In this document: positions 46,571 through 56,418 of the stretch, piece by piece
Position numbering within the stretch: the stretch's first letter is position 1
Layout of the letters: each line of letters starts with the position of its first letter
Assembly: GCA_964428315.1 (NCBI GenBank)
Contig: CAYRXT010000012.1
Location: 562-64,561 of the forward strand
DNA length: 64,000 nucleotides
Reading direction: 5' to 3'
Source of the DNA: an uncultured Planctomycetales bacterium
GTDB taxonomy: Bacteria > Omnitrophota > Gorgyraeia > Zapsychrales > CAYRXT01
The notes under the pieces: model-generated
What the model saw: the letters and a program-made list of their open reading frames with translations, nothing else
Databases searched by the model: none
Told to the model about the DNA's origin: nothing
Made by a program: the position numbers and the translations under genes

Positions 46571-47563
46571 ATGCGGAAGAAGATAAAACATTGGTACTAT
46601 TTTGCCGGTCTTGCGGCGTTTCTCCTGCTTGTCGCCCGGTCGGATCCTTCAAAGATCAACGAGGCCCTTGCGGCGTCCGATACCGGCCTTCTGCTGGCAG
46701 CCGCGTTACTTTCCTTGGGTGTGCAGTTCGTCAAGACGCTTCGCTGGATGGCCTTGCTTCGGCTTTACGGCATCCTCCTGCCGCTGGGATCGGCCTTTTC
46801 CATTTATCTGACCGGCACCTTCCTGGGGACGGTTACGCCGGGACGCCTTGGCGATGCCAGCCGGATATTTTATCTGAAAAAAAGGCCGGGTGGCGATCTC
46901 CCGGCCGGACAGCTGTTGGCTAACATCGTGGCGGACCGGATAACGGACATCGTGACGGTGTTCCTGGTAGCCTTTACAGGGGTGGTTTACTACCTGAAGG
47001 ACCACCGGCTTTGGGTTATCCCGGCGGGGCTATTCACCGCGTGTTTAGTTCCCGCGCTCTATATTTTTCGGCACCGGGCACTGGATGTGATTGGCAGTTT
47101 GCTGAGACTCGCAGGGAAATCAATCCCGGGCATACACTGGGAGAACCACCTGGATGAATTTGTTGAAGGCCTGCGAAGGCTGCGCACAGCCGGGATCGCG
47201 TCCGCCGCGGGCTGGAACGCCGCGGCCTACGGTGTCTTCTACGCCGCCGTTGTGCTGATCGCCCGGTCGATTGGGATAACAACCCCCGTATTGTATTTGA
47301 TAACAGCCTTGTCCGCGGCGATGCTGGTGTCGGTCCTGCCGGTTTCTGTGGCCGGTATCGGCGTGAGGGACGCGGTCCTTTTGTTTTTCCTTTTCCTGCC
47401 GGGCGGTGTAAAATATGAAATGGTTTTGGTTTTTTCGATGATGTACCTGTTTCTTTTGCTTATCCTGCCGGCACTTTTGGGGGGCGTGCTGTATTTCGGT
47501 TGTTTTCCCGGAACCGAGGAGATTCGACACGGCTATAAACCATTGAAGGGAAAAGGGGGTTAA
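46571..47563 (+). CDS. Flippase-like domain membrane protein (lysylphosphatidylglycerol-synthase TM-region / UPF0104 family)
   Basis: 330 aa with 8 TM helices. Contains RWMALLRLYGI and GTFLGTVTPGRLGDASR motifs typical of the LPG_synthase_TM family. This family is frequently paired with GT2 polyprenyl-phosphate sugar synthases. Confidence 0.7.
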   Translation: MRKKIKHWYYFAGLAAFLLLVARSDPSKINEALAASDTGLLLAAALLSLGVQFVKTLRWMALLRLYGILLPLGSAFSIYLTGTFLGTVTPGRLGDASRIFYLKKRPGGDLPAGQLLANIVADRITDIVTVFLVAFTGVVYYLKDHRLWVIPAGLFTACLVPALYIFRHRALDVIGSLLRLAGKSIPGIHWENHLDEFVEGLRRLRTAGIASAAGWNAAAYGVFYAAVVLIARSIGITTPVLYLITALSAAMLVSVLPVSVAGIGVRDAVLLFFLFLPGGVKYEMVLVFSMMYLFLLLILPALLGGVLYFGCFPGTEEIRHGYKPLKGKGG

Positions 47564-47565
47564 AT

Positions 47566-48483
47566 ATGGATGTCCCGATGGTCTCAGTCGTGGTCCCACT
47601 GTATAACGAGGCAAAGAATCTGGAAGAGCTGGCAGAACGCTGCCGTGCTTCTCTGCAGAGGGAGGGCATGGCGTTCGAGCTGATTTTCGTCAATGACGGT
47701 TCCACGGATGAGAGCGAAGATGTCCTCGCCGGTCTGCACGGGGATCATGCTTGCGTATCGGTCGTTCATCTCAGGACGAGGACAGGCAAGGCCGGGGCCC
47801 TGGAGGCGGGGTTCCGTCTTGTCGGCGGCAAATACGTTGTCGTGATCGACAGCGACCTGCAGCACGCCCCCGAAGATATCCCCGTCATCATAAAAAAACT
47901 CGAAGATGGTTACGACGTGATCTCCGGAAAAAGACGCGACCGCCAGGACGCCTCCGGGAAACTCATGAGTTCCAGGCTGTTCAACGGGCTGATCCGCGTC
48001 ATGACGGGTTCCCGGCTGGAAGACCTCTTTTCCGGATTGAAGGGTTTTCGCATGGATGTGGTCAACGGACTGCGCCTGTACGGAGATCTTTACCGTTTTG
48101 TCCCGGTACTGGCGGCGCGGTACGGTTATCGCGTGAGGGAGATCCCCGTCGGACATTTTCCGCGCAAACACGGGGAGTCCCGTTATTCCTCCGGCGCGCG
48201 CTGGCGCAGGGCGCTGGGCGATCTGGCCATGGTGATGTTTACGGTGAATCTCAATCCGGAGAGATTGACGCATCTTTTTTTCTTCGGCGTCTTGTGCCTT
48301 GTGACGGCCTCGGCCCTGTATCTTGCCGGCGGATCGGGTGTTTCGTGCCAGGGTTTTGCAGGGCCTTTGGCCTGGCTTGGAGGAATCCTGGTTGTCCTGC
48401 GCGCGGCAGGTTATGCATTCCATAAAGTCCAGAGGAAGATGAAGGCCGTCCGTTCGGCCAATGTAAGGTGCGTTCTCCGATGA
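47566..48483 (+). CDS. GT2 polyprenyl-phosphate glycosyltransferase (GtrB/CsbB/ArnC-like) with C-terminal TM helices
   Basis: VSVVVPLYNEAKNL..IFVNDGSTDES..VVIDSDLQHAPEDI are canonical GtrB motifs. Two C-terminal TM helices. Starts 2 nt after the flippase-like stop. Confidence 0.85.
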   Translation: MDVPMVSVVVPLYNEAKNLEELAERCRASLQREGMAFELIFVNDGSTDESEDVLAGLHGDHACVSVVHLRTRTGKAGALEAGFRLVGGKYVVVIDSDLQHAPEDIPVIIKKLEDGYDVISGKRRDRQDASGKLMSSRLFNGLIRVMTGSRLEDLFSGLKGFRMDVVNGLRLYGDLYRFVPVLAARYGYRVREIPVGHFPRKHGESRYSSGARWRRALGDLAMVMFTVNLNPERLTHLFFFGVLCLVTASALYLAGGSGVSCQGFAGPLAWLGGILVVLRAAGYAFHKVQRKMKAVRSANVRCVLR

Positions 48484-49280
48484 AGACAATAAAGATCGGT
48501 ATTTCCAATATCACGCTGCAGGGTTGTCTTTTCCCCGACGTGTTTGACCAGTTGACGCGGCGCGGTATCTCCGGTCTTGAGATTGCGCCGACTCTCGTCT
48601 GGGATAAGCCTTTGGATGTCCCGCACAAGACGCGCAGGGCCTTCAGGCACCGTATCGAGGATTACGGCATGCGGGTCATCGGTCTGCAGTCCTTGTATTA
48701 CAACCGTCCGGATCTGCAGGTGTTCGGACCGCCCGCTGTCCGAAAGAAGTGTCTGGAGCACCTGGCCGGCATGATACGGCTCTGCCGCGACATCGGCGGA
48801 CGGATCGTGACCTTCGGGGCCTATAAAAACAGAAAAAGGGGAAAAAAGACCAGAAAGGAAGCCCGGATGATCGCCGCGGCATTTTTCGCTCAGGCGGCCG
48901 GCATCGCCCAAGACAACAATGTGGTCATCTGTTTCGAACCCATCGCGGCCGCGTACGGATGCGACTTCGCCACGACCCTGCACGAGGGCCGCCGTCTCGT
49001 CGAGACAGTCGGGCATCCGTATTTCCGTCTTCATCTGGACACGGGGAGCGTGATCCTTAACCGTAAAGACCCGGTGGCCGTTTTCGAAGACTGCGTTTGC
49101 GCCCTGGAGCATATCCATATTAACGATCCCCGACTTTACCCGCCTTTGAAGAAGATCGACCTGCCGCGATTTATGCGCGCCCTGAAAAGGAGCCCATACG
49201 AGAAGTGGGTCGCGCTGGAATTCCTGACACAGCCGGATATGCTGGGAAATATCCTCAATGACATCGCGAAACACTTTTAA
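48480..49280 (+). CDS. Sugar phosphate isomerase/epimerase (xylose-isomerase-like TIM barrel)
   Basis: ATGA overlap with the GT2. Size and pattern (GLEIAP...HLDTGSV...HIHINDP...WVALEF) fit the AP_endonuc_2/TIM-barrel family. Confidence 0.65.
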   Translation: MKTIKIGISNITLQGCLFPDVFDQLTRRGISGLEIAPTLVWDKPLDVPHKTRRAFRHRIEDYGMRVIGLQSLYYNRPDLQVFGPPAVRKKCLEHLAGMIRLCRDIGGRIVTFGAYKNRKRGKKTRKEARMIAAAFFAQAAGIAQDNNVVICFEPIAAAYGCDFATTLHEGRRLVETVGHPYFRLHLDTGSVILNRKDPVAVFEDCVCALEHIHINDPRLYPPLKKIDLPRFMRALKRSPYEKWVALEFLTQPDMLGNILNDIAKHF

Positions 49281-50697
49281 GACGAGGCAGAGAACGAAAA
49301 CACGATGTCTGCTTTTTTTGGCGGCAGGGATTCTTGTTTTTGCGCTGCTGTCGGGCGGGAGGGCGGCGCTCCCGGTCTTCGCGCAGTTGCTTAAAGAGGA
49401 CTTCCCCCTCCTGGAAGACCGGATCGTAGAAAAGATAAACCGCACCCGCGCAAAGAAGGCGGATGCGCTGAGCACGCAGGCCATGCGCCATATGCGCGAG
49501 GGGAACCCGAAAGCCGCCGCACGTTTGCTCCGGCAGGCCCTGGAGGTCTCCCCCAATTATTCCAAGGCTTATACCCTGCTGGCGCAGATCCATCTCATCC
49601 GCGGCGAGGACGATGAGGCGTGGAAGGTCCTGGAACAGTCGGGGCGTTATCCGACCAAATCGGATTTCATTTACGCGTTTCTCGAAGGCTACACATCCAG
49701 AACATCCCGCCGGAAAGAACACACCCGGATTTATCTGGCGCCCTTCAAGGATGACAAGGAGTGCGCTGTATCTTTAAGCTTTGATGACGGCTTCTCGACG
49801 ATTTTCACGGAGATCCTTCCGGTTTTCGACAAATACGGTTTCAAGGCAAGCTTGTTTATCAATCCCGGCGTTATCCCCGATGAACCGGTTGCCGGACAGG
49901 TGTGGAGGGGGAGCTGGGCGTACTGGCGGGATGCAAGGAAACGGGGGTTTGAGATCGGCAGTCATTCTTTGACCCACCGGGACCTTACAAAGGTCCCTCC
50001 TGGCGTGCTGGAGGAGGAGATCAGGGAAAGCCGCCGGCTCATTGAAGAGAAGGTTGGAGGACCGGCGGTATCCTTCGCCTTTCCCTTCGACCGTGCCAAC
50101 AGCCGGGTGATCAAAAAGGTTCGGCAATACTATGAGGCCGTCCGCGATCACGACGTGTTGAAAGAGACATATCCGCGTGTCTTCCTTCCGGTTTTCGGCG
50201 GAGAGCATTTTTCACTGAAGACCGCTGTGGACATAACCCGGCTGGCGATACAAAAGAACCTCTGGCTGATCCCTGAGCTGCACGCTTTGAAAATGGAGGA
50301 TATGCCGGCCTTTAAACCCGTCACCGTGCAGTTTATCGAGGATTATCTGGCGTTTTTGAGGGAGCGGGAGTCTTCCGTATGGGTGGACACGTTTATCAAC
50401 GTGTTCCGCTACTTGAGGACAAAAAAGGATGTGTCGCTGGATGTTATCGAGGAAACGGAGGATTCGGTTGTCTTTGCTCTTTGGGGTCCTCCAGAAGGCG
50501 GGTGGGCTGGCGAGCCCCTGACCGTGGTGATCCAAGAGCGTATACCATCTTTCAAGAATATCCGTGCCGTGTACGGAGACGGAACGCCCCTTGCGTCGCC
50601 CGATGTAAGGGGCTCCAAAGTCCTGCTGTCCGTGATTCCCGACGGCAGGAGGGTCAAAGTTAGCTGGAAAAAAGAAAAGAGGGAAGACCGGCAGTAG
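49258..50697 (+). CDS. Polysaccharide deacetylase (CE4, NodB-homology) with N-terminal TM anchor and TPR-like segment
   Basis: NodB motifs LSFDDG and HSLTH are present, followed by a C-terminal extra domain. N-terminal TM, then TPR-like helices (AARLLRQALEVSPNYSKAYTLLAQIHLIRGEDDEA). Confidence 0.75.
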   Translation: MTSRNTFKTRQRTKTRCLLFLAAGILVFALLSGGRAALPVFAQLLKEDFPLLEDRIVEKINRTRAKKADALSTQAMRHMREGNPKAAARLLRQALEVSPNYSKAYTLLAQIHLIRGEDDEAWKVLEQSGRYPTKSDFIYAFLEGYTSRTSRRKEHTRIYLAPFKDDKECAVSLSFDDGFSTIFTEILPVFDKYGFKASLFINPGVIPDEPVAGQVWRGSWAYWRDARKRGFEIGSHSLTHRDLTKVPPGVLEEEIRESRRLIEEKVGGPAVSFAFPFDRANSRVIKKVRQYYEAVRDHDVLKETYPRVFLPVFGGEHFSLKTAVDITRLAIQKNLWLIPELHALKMEDMPAFKPVTVQFIEDYLAFLRERESSVWVDTFINVFRYLRTKKDVSLDVIEETEDSVVFALWGPPEGGWAGEPLTVVIQERIPSFKNIRAVYGDGTPLASPDVRGSKVLLSVIPDGRRVKVSWKKEKREDRQ

Positions 50698-50862
50698 ACC
50701 GTCTTCCGGGGCTCCTCGCCTCTGTCCCGCCATTTCCATCGGGAGAGAGATCTGTTCTCAGACGGGGATGTCAAAAAACGCAACTATGACTTGTTTAGTG
50801 GACATTCACTCTTATAATGAAGGCAGGACACTTTTTATGCATCTAGTCTCCCAAATCCTGCG

Positions 50863-52140
50863 ATGAAAAAAGGCATAACGAGAACGGGTATCGTGTTTTT
50901 AAGTGCGGCCTTTTTTATGCTTTTCCGGTGTCCCGTCGCCCTCAGCCGGCCCCGGCCTTCTTTTGAATCCGATAATCAAAGGCAGATCCATATCGTCCAG
51001 CGCGAACTGGATTGCGTCGAAGCCTCCCGAATGAAAAATGTTCCTTGTTCATGGGAGGACATTTGTTATACGGGAACGGTGTATCACGGCGCGTCCCGCC
51101 AGCGAGCCGTCGAGGAGGCCCTGGATAAACAGGAATCCCGTCGCAGGACGTCCGTCAAGATACCCGGGGATCCCATATACGTCGAAAGCCCGGTAACCGA
51201 CATGCCGGTGACGCGTTTTGTGGGACGTTATGACTTTGCACGAGAAGACCTGCCCGCCCTGCCCCTGGATGAAGATTACGGCTACCTTGATTCCCCTTCG
51301 GGAGGGAACAAAAAGCCTTTCAGGATCGGGCCTTATATCTCGATGATTCAATACAAAGAGCCCGGCGTGATGAAAGAGACAGGCATGATGTGCGGTCTCC
51401 AGGGAGCCTACACACACCGCTTTCACGAGAACCCGGTTATCCGTTCTTTCAGGGATATCTTCACCTCCCAGAACAAGATTAACCTGGTGCGCGTCGACGG
51501 TCTTTTCAGCTGGGGGTATGTGGATTATGAGGGAAGTCACAACGAAGACGATATCCGGGACTATATGGTCGAGACCCGCGGCGTCTTCGGCTATGACATC
51601 AACATGCCGAAAGGTTTGCGCGTGACGCCTTATGTCGGATTCGGATACCGCTATCTCAACGATGGTTTCGACAAGACGCCCGCGAAGACGGTGAACGGGG
51701 TGAATTATTACAGCGGTTACGAGCGCGAGAGCCGGTATTATTATGTCCCATTCGGCTTCGAGGGGGAAAAGAAGATGAGGAACGACTGGGCCCTTGAGTT
51801 CATGTTTGAGTACGATTTCTTTTCCCAGGGCGAACAGAAAAGCCATCTCGAGGACCAGCAGTTCGGTGGAGTGAATCCGGGATATGACACGCTGACCAAT
51901 GACCAGTCCGAAGGCTATGGATTAAAAAGCAGTGTCGGGATGAAAAAGGAATCGGGAGATTATGATTTCTTTTTTGAGACCTTTCTGCGGTATTGGTGGA
52001 TCAATGATTCGAATGTGGAATTTCTGCGCAAAAACGGGGCCTTGGTGCCGGTGCCGGGTCAGCCGGGCTATTATGAGGCCGGTTATGAACCGGAAAACAA
52101 CTCGACCGAATTCGGCATACGTGTCGGGGCTAATTTTTAG
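50863..52140 (+). CDS. Probable outer-membrane beta-barrel protein of unknown function
   Basis: Signal peptide. Tyr/Gly-rich alternating strands. The C-terminal residue is Phe (..GIRVGANF), as in OM barrel proteins. Confidence 0.55.
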   Translation: MKKGITRTGIVFLSAAFFMLFRCPVALSRPRPSFESDNQRQIHIVQRELDCVEASRMKNVPCSWEDICYTGTVYHGASRQRAVEEALDKQESRRRTSVKIPGDPIYVESPVTDMPVTRFVGRYDFAREDLPALPLDEDYGYLDSPSGGNKKPFRIGPYISMIQYKEPGVMKETGMMCGLQGAYTHRFHENPVIRSFRDIFTSQNKINLVRVDGLFSWGYVDYEGSHNEDDIRDYMVETRGVFGYDINMPKGLRVTPYVGFGYRYLNDGFDKTPAKTVNGVNYYSGYERESRYYYVPFGFEGEKKMRNDWALEFMFEYDFFSQGEQKSHLEDQQFGGVNPGYDTLTNDQSEGYGLKSSVGMKKESGDYDFFFETFLRYWWINDSNVEFLRKNGALVPVPGQPGYYEAGYEPENNSTEFGIRVGANF

Positions 52141-52164
52141 GGATCAAGGGGAGGAAGGCGGGCC

Positions 52165-52323
52165 ATGAGAATCGGCAACAAGAAGGTGACGGTCTTTAAG
52201 ATCAAAAACCGGCGCGGGTTCGCGGCGGTGTGCGAGAGGCACCTGACGGAAGGCAAGGACCGCGGTGAGGCCGTGGAACGGTTGAAGAAGGCCCTGAAGC
52301 GGACGAAGAAACGGACAACATAG
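52165..52323 (+). CDS. Small basic protein (52 aa), hypothetical
   Basis: RBS GGGGAGGAAGG before ATG 52165. It is followed by a perfect terminator hairpin. It is antisense to a probably spurious 76-aa ORF. It is below the ORF-track size cutoff. Confidence 0.35.
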   Translation: MRIGNKKVTVFKIKNRRGFAAVCERHLTEGKDRGEAVERLKKALKRTKKRTT

Positions 52324-52340
52324 AAGGCGGAAGAAAAAAA

Positions 52341-52378
52341 GGGCCCTGCACCGTACGGTGCAGGGCCCTTTCACTTTT
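52341..52378 (+). terminator. Rho-independent terminator
   Basis: GGGCCCTGCACCG-TA-CGGTGCAGGGCCC is a perfect 13-bp stem, followed by TTTCACTTTT. Confidence 0.65.
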
Positions 52379-52442
52379 CATCAGCGCCCGATGTTGCTAT
52401 AATGGGAACCCGGTACGAACCGTCTGACACAAGGAGAAACGA

Positions 52443-53648
52443 ATGCGTCGAACGCGTGTCCTTATAACCCTGGCCGTCCTTTTGCTTTTTGCCGGATGCG
52501 CTCCCTCTGGTGAAAAGACCCTGCATGTCGCCATGAGCCTCACCGAACAGGAGTGGAAGGTGATGCGCGAAGACGTCTTCCCGAGGTTCGAGGAGGAAAC
52601 CGGATGGACCGTCCGCTCCTACCAGATCCAGTCCGGTCAGCTCGAGATGAAACTGGAGGCCCTGGCCAGGGCCGGAAAGGCCAAGATCGACGTCTTCGCA
52701 CAGGACAACATGAGCCTGGCGTCCCTGGTCAACAAGGGGCTGGTGGAAGACCTTTCGGCGTATGAAGAGGACATCGACGATCATGTGATGCCCAACATCA
52801 TCCTCGCCGGAAAGTTTGAGAAAAGACTGTTGTTCATGCCGTTCAGGCCCAATGTGCAGGTCGCATATTATAACGAGAATGCGTTTTCGAAGTACGGCCT
52901 GAATCCTCCGCGGAACTGGGAGGAACTTATTGAGACGGCCAGGACGTTTAAGGAAAAGGAAGGTGTCGGACGATTCGTGTTCAAGGCCTACGGCGGCAAT
53001 CCCACCGCGACCCAGGTTTACGAATTCATCCTCCAGGCCGGAGGGGACCCTTACAGCTTTGACGATGAGGGATGTGTCAGGGCCTTTGCCTTCCTTCAGT
53101 CGCTGAGGCCTTATTTTTCGCCGGACTCAAACCGGGCCAAGTGGGACACGGTCAACGATATCCTGGCCAAACAAAACGGTTATCTGGCGCAGAACTGGCC
53201 TTTCGGCGTCCTGATCCTCATCGATGAATACAAGCTGGATTTTATCAGGACATACAGCGGATGGAGCGGGCCGGCAGGAGAATATCATGTGATCGGGGGG
53301 GATGTCTTCGGGATCCCCAGGAAATCACGGCACAAACAGCAGGCCCTGGAGTTTATCCGGTTCATGCAGTCGAAAGACGTGCAGGAGGTCCTCGTCGCCG
53401 CACTCGGATGGCCGTCCATACGTGACGACGTTTACGCGCGGGTCGCGGACTGGCAGAAACCGTATTTCGACTCCGTCCAGAAGGCGCTTGCCAAAGGACA
53501 ATTCCGCAAGAACGTCACGTGGTGGCCCGCCTACACAAAGTATATCTCGCGCGCCTTTCAGAAAATCGTCTTGGAGGGCGCCGATGTGAGAACGACATTG
53601 GCTGATTATAAAGAGAAGCTTCAAAAAGAGAAAAGGACTCTCAGGTGA
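52443..53648 (+). CDS. ABC transporter substrate-binding lipoprotein (family 1, carbohydrate-type)
   Basis: Lipobox LLLFAGC. Size and pattern fit SBP_bac_1. First gene of a four-gene ABC operon. Confidence 0.85.
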   Translation: MRRTRVLITLAVLLLFAGCAPSGEKTLHVAMSLTEQEWKVMREDVFPRFEEETGWTVRSYQIQSGQLEMKLEALARAGKAKIDVFAQDNMSLASLVNKGLVEDLSAYEEDIDDHVMPNIILAGKFEKRLLFMPFRPNVQVAYYNENAFSKYGLNPPRNWEELIETARTFKEKEGVGRFVFKAYGGNPTATQVYEFILQAGGDPYSFDDEGCVRAFAFLQSLRPYFSPDSNRAKWDTVNDILAKQNGYLAQNWPFGVLILIDEYKLDFIRTYSGWSGPAGEYHVIGGDVFGIPRKSRHKQQALEFIRFMQSKDVQEVLVAALGWPSIRDDVYARVADWQKPYFDSVQKALAKGQFRKNVTWWPAYTKYISRAFQKIVLEGADVRTTLADYKEKLQKEKRTLR

Positions 53649-54511
53649 GCTTTCCCCCGCGATGGTTGTTTCGATACCGATTCGAGCTTTTCTGTTTGAC
53701 GCCCCTTGTCGTCTACCTGGCGGTATTTACGCTGGGGCCAGTCATCCGTGTTGTTCAGATCAGCTTCACGGATTCCCTCGCCGGGGGCTGGACGCTCAGC
53801 CATTACCAGGACCTCTTATCCAATGAGGAATTCCGCGGCGCGTTCCGGAATACCCTCGTCGTGGCGCTGGGATCCCTGACGCTGGAAATCACCGCCGGGC
53901 TCATCCTGGCGATGATCCTTTCCGCCCGTCCCGCCGGGATGGGACTCCTGCGTTCTCTGTTTATGCTGCCTCTGGCAATCCCGACGGTAGTGGCCGCGGT
54001 CATGATGAGCTACATGTTTTCCACGTCCGGATGGGTGAACCGGATTCTTACGGACACGGGCCTGATCTCCTCGTCTGTTAACTGGATGGAAGGCGGCGGC
54101 AAGAGCCTGTTCACCGTCATCGTGGCGGACAGCTGGAAGGTGACGCCCCTGGTGATGCTGATCCTCCTGGCCGGCCTGCAGTCCATTAACCGCGAACTCT
54201 ACCGCGCGGCCCGTATCGACGGCGCCGGTCCCCTGACGGTTTTCCGGAAGGTGACCCTGCCGCTTTTGATGCCGTCTTTAAGCGCGGCGATGATCGTGCG
54301 GGGGATCGACGCCTTCCGGATATTTTCCCTGGCCCTGGTCCTGATGGGGGAAAACCTCAAGGTGATCGGAACCTACGCCTATCTGGAGTACGCTGAATAC
54401 GACAACACGCATCTTTCGGCCGCCAGTTCGGTGATTCTTTTTGTCATCATCTTTGCGGCGGTGATGCTCTATATCCGCATCGTCGGCAAAAGAGGAGTTC
54501 AGGCGACATGA
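53645..54511 (+). CDS. ABC transporter permease (MalF/UgpA-type)
   Basis: Six TM helices and the EAA-like loop (ELYRAARIDGAGPLTVFRKVTLPL). Confidence 0.85.
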   Translation: MSFPPRWLFRYRFELFCLTPLVVYLAVFTLGPVIRVVQISFTDSLAGGWTLSHYQDLLSNEEFRGAFRNTLVVALGSLTLEITAGLILAMILSARPAGMGLLRSLFMLPLAIPTVVAAVMMSYMFSTSGWVNRILTDTGLISSSVNWMEGGGKSLFTVIVADSWKVTPLVMLILLAGLQSINRELYRAARIDGAGPLTVFRKVTLPLLMPSLSAAMIVRGIDAFRIFSLALVLMGENLKVIGTYAYLEYAEYDNTHLSAASSVILFVIIFAAVMLYIRIVGKRGVQAT

Positions 54512-55326
54512 GAGAAGGCCCCCGCACGTTAGCGATATGGTTGATCGCCCTTGTCTTCATCGCGTTTTCCCTTTTTCCTTTATACATCATGCTGAAGACG
54601 GCGCTCAGCGCGCCGGCGGATGTCTTCACGCAGAGGCCCCCGTATCTTATTGAGCACTTCACCTGGGACCATTTCCGTGATGTCCTGACATCCGGTGAAT
54701 CTTTTTACGGCCCTTTGAGAAAAAGTCTGTTGACGGCGTTTTGGGCCACGGTCCTCAGCCTGCTTATCGCGACGCCCGCGGCCTACGCCATCGCCCGGTT
54801 TCATTACCGCGCGCGATACGCCATCGTACTGGTCATCTTCATGAGCCGCATGATCCCGGAGGTCAGCATCGCGCTGCCCGTTTCCATAAGGTTCATCGAA
54901 CTGGGGCTGTTCGACACGACCCTAGGACTGGTGCTGGCTCATCTCATCCGGATCCTGCCGGTGAGCTGTTTCATTCTGGTCGGGGTTTTCAGCGAATTCC
55001 CGCGCGATATCGAGAACCAGGCGCGCATCGACGGCTATTCGCGCGTAAAGGCCGTGACGAAGGTGGTCCTGCCTTTGTCTTTGACCGGGATCAGTGTGGC
55101 GGGGATATTCTCGTTTCTTCTCTCCTGGGACGAGTTCATCTACGCGTCGTACCTGACGCTGGCCGAGCCGACGATGCCGATCAAGGTGTATTATTATGTC
55201 ACCCGGGGAAATCTCTTCCACTCGGCGACGTATGCGGTGATCATCACCCTCCCGGTCCTGGTCATGACGTTCGCCCTGCAGAGATATATACGTCCGGAAT
55301 ATCTATCCGGCTCGGTGAAAGGATAG
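54508..55326 (+). CDS. ABC transporter permease (MalG/UgpE-type)
   Basis: Six TM helices and an EAA-like loop (ENQARIDGYSRVKAVTKVVLPL). Confidence 0.85.
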   Translation: MREGPRTLAIWLIALVFIAFSLFPLYIMLKTALSAPADVFTQRPPYLIEHFTWDHFRDVLTSGESFYGPLRKSLLTAFWATVLSLLIATPAAYAIARFHYRARYAIVLVIFMSRMIPEVSIALPVSIRFIELGLFDTTLGLVLAHLIRILPVSCFILVGVFSEFPRDIENQARIDGYSRVKAVTKVVLPLSLTGISVAGIFSFLLSWDEFIYASYLTLAEPTMPIKVYYYVTRGNLFHSATYAVIITLPVLVMTFALQRYIRPEYLSGSVKG

Positions 55327-55329
55327 ACT

Positions 55330-56418
55330 ATGGGGTACCTTCGGCTTGAACATATTGAGAAACGCTTCGGAGGCCACGAGGTCCTTCGGGACATCAACCT
55401 GGATATCCGTCGGGAAGAGTTCTGCGTCATCCTCGGCCCGTCAGGCTGCGGAAAATCGACCCTGCTGAACATCGTGGCCGGGCTGGAAGAGCCCACATCA
55501 GGCCGGCTTATCATCGACGGAAGAGACGTGACGGAACTCCCGCCCCACAAGAGGAACATCGCCATGGTCTTCCAGAATTACGCTCTTTATCCGCACCTTT
55601 CGGTTTACGAAAACATGGCCTTTGGCCTGCGCATCAAGAAGATGCCGGAGCCGGATATCGAAAAAAAGATCAAAGAGGTCAGCCGGATCCTGGATATCGA
55701 AGACAAACTCGAGGCCTTCCCGCGCCAGCTTTCGGGCGGACAGCGTCAGCGGGTGGCCACCGGGCGCGCCATCGTAAGGGATCCAAGCCTGTTTTTGTTC
55801 GACGAGCCCCTGTCCAATCTTGACGCGCGCCTGAGGCTCGAGGTGCGCAAGGAATTCCTGAAGCTGCAGAAAAGACTGAAGACGACGTCTCTTTACGTGA
55901 CCCATGACCAGAGCGAGGCCCTGGCCTTGGGCGACACCGTCGTCGTGATCAAGGACGCCGGGATCCAGCAGGCATCTTCCCCGCAGGCGCTGTTTGACGA
56001 ACCCCGGAACCTTTTCGTCGCCGGCTTTATCGGTTCCATCCCGATGAATATCCTGGCCGGCCGGATCAAAAGGGAGGGAGGGGAGATGAAGGTCGCCGCG
56101 GGCGGCTTCGAACTGGCTGTACCAGCGAGGTTCCACGGCGCGCTTGAATCGCAAACGGGATCCGGGGTGTATTTCGGCATTCGGCCCGCCGCGATAAAAA
56201 TGGGGTGCGGAGGGTACACAGGCCGGGTGTCTTTGGTGGAGACGTTGGGGGAACAGAGCCTGGTTTACGTGCGTCTGGGAGAGGCGTGCGAGATCAAAAT
56301 AGTGGTTGAAGGAAAAGCGGGCGTGCGTCCGGAGGAGGCCACGGCCCTCTCTTTTCATGAGGACAGTATCTACCTGTTCGCGGAAGACGGCGAAAGGATC
56401 AGGCCGCATGGAGAGTAG
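55330..56418 (+). CDS. ABC transporter ATP-binding protein (MalK/UgpC-type with C-terminal TOBE domain)
   Basis: Walker A (GPSGCGKST), signature (LSGGQRQRV) and Walker B (LFLFDEP) are present, followed by a C-terminal regulatory domain. Confidence 0.9.
   Translation: MGYLRLEHIEKRFGGHEVLRDINLDIRREEFCVILGPSGCGKSTLLNIVAGLEEPTSGRLIIDGRDVTELPPHKRNIAMVFQNYALYPHLSVYENMAFGLRIKKMPEPDIEKKIKEVSRILDIEDKLEAFPRQLSGGQRQRVATGRAIVRDPSLFLFDEPLSNLDARLRLEVRKEFLKLQKRLKTTSLYVTHDQSEALALGDTVVVIKDAGIQQASSPQALFDEPRNLFVAGFIGSIPMNILAGRIKREGGEMKVAAGGFELAVPARFHGALESQTGSGVYFGIRPAAIKMGCGGYTGRVSLVETLGEQSLVYVRLGEACEIKIVVEGKAGVRPEEATALSFHEDSIYLFAEDGERIRPHGE

Noticed and set aside
47584-49556. Long minus-strand ORFs (301 aa and 381 aa) antisense to GtrB-like GT2 and the sugar isomerase
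   Set aside because: The + strand genes carry canonical GT2 and TIM-barrel motifs and are translationally coupled.
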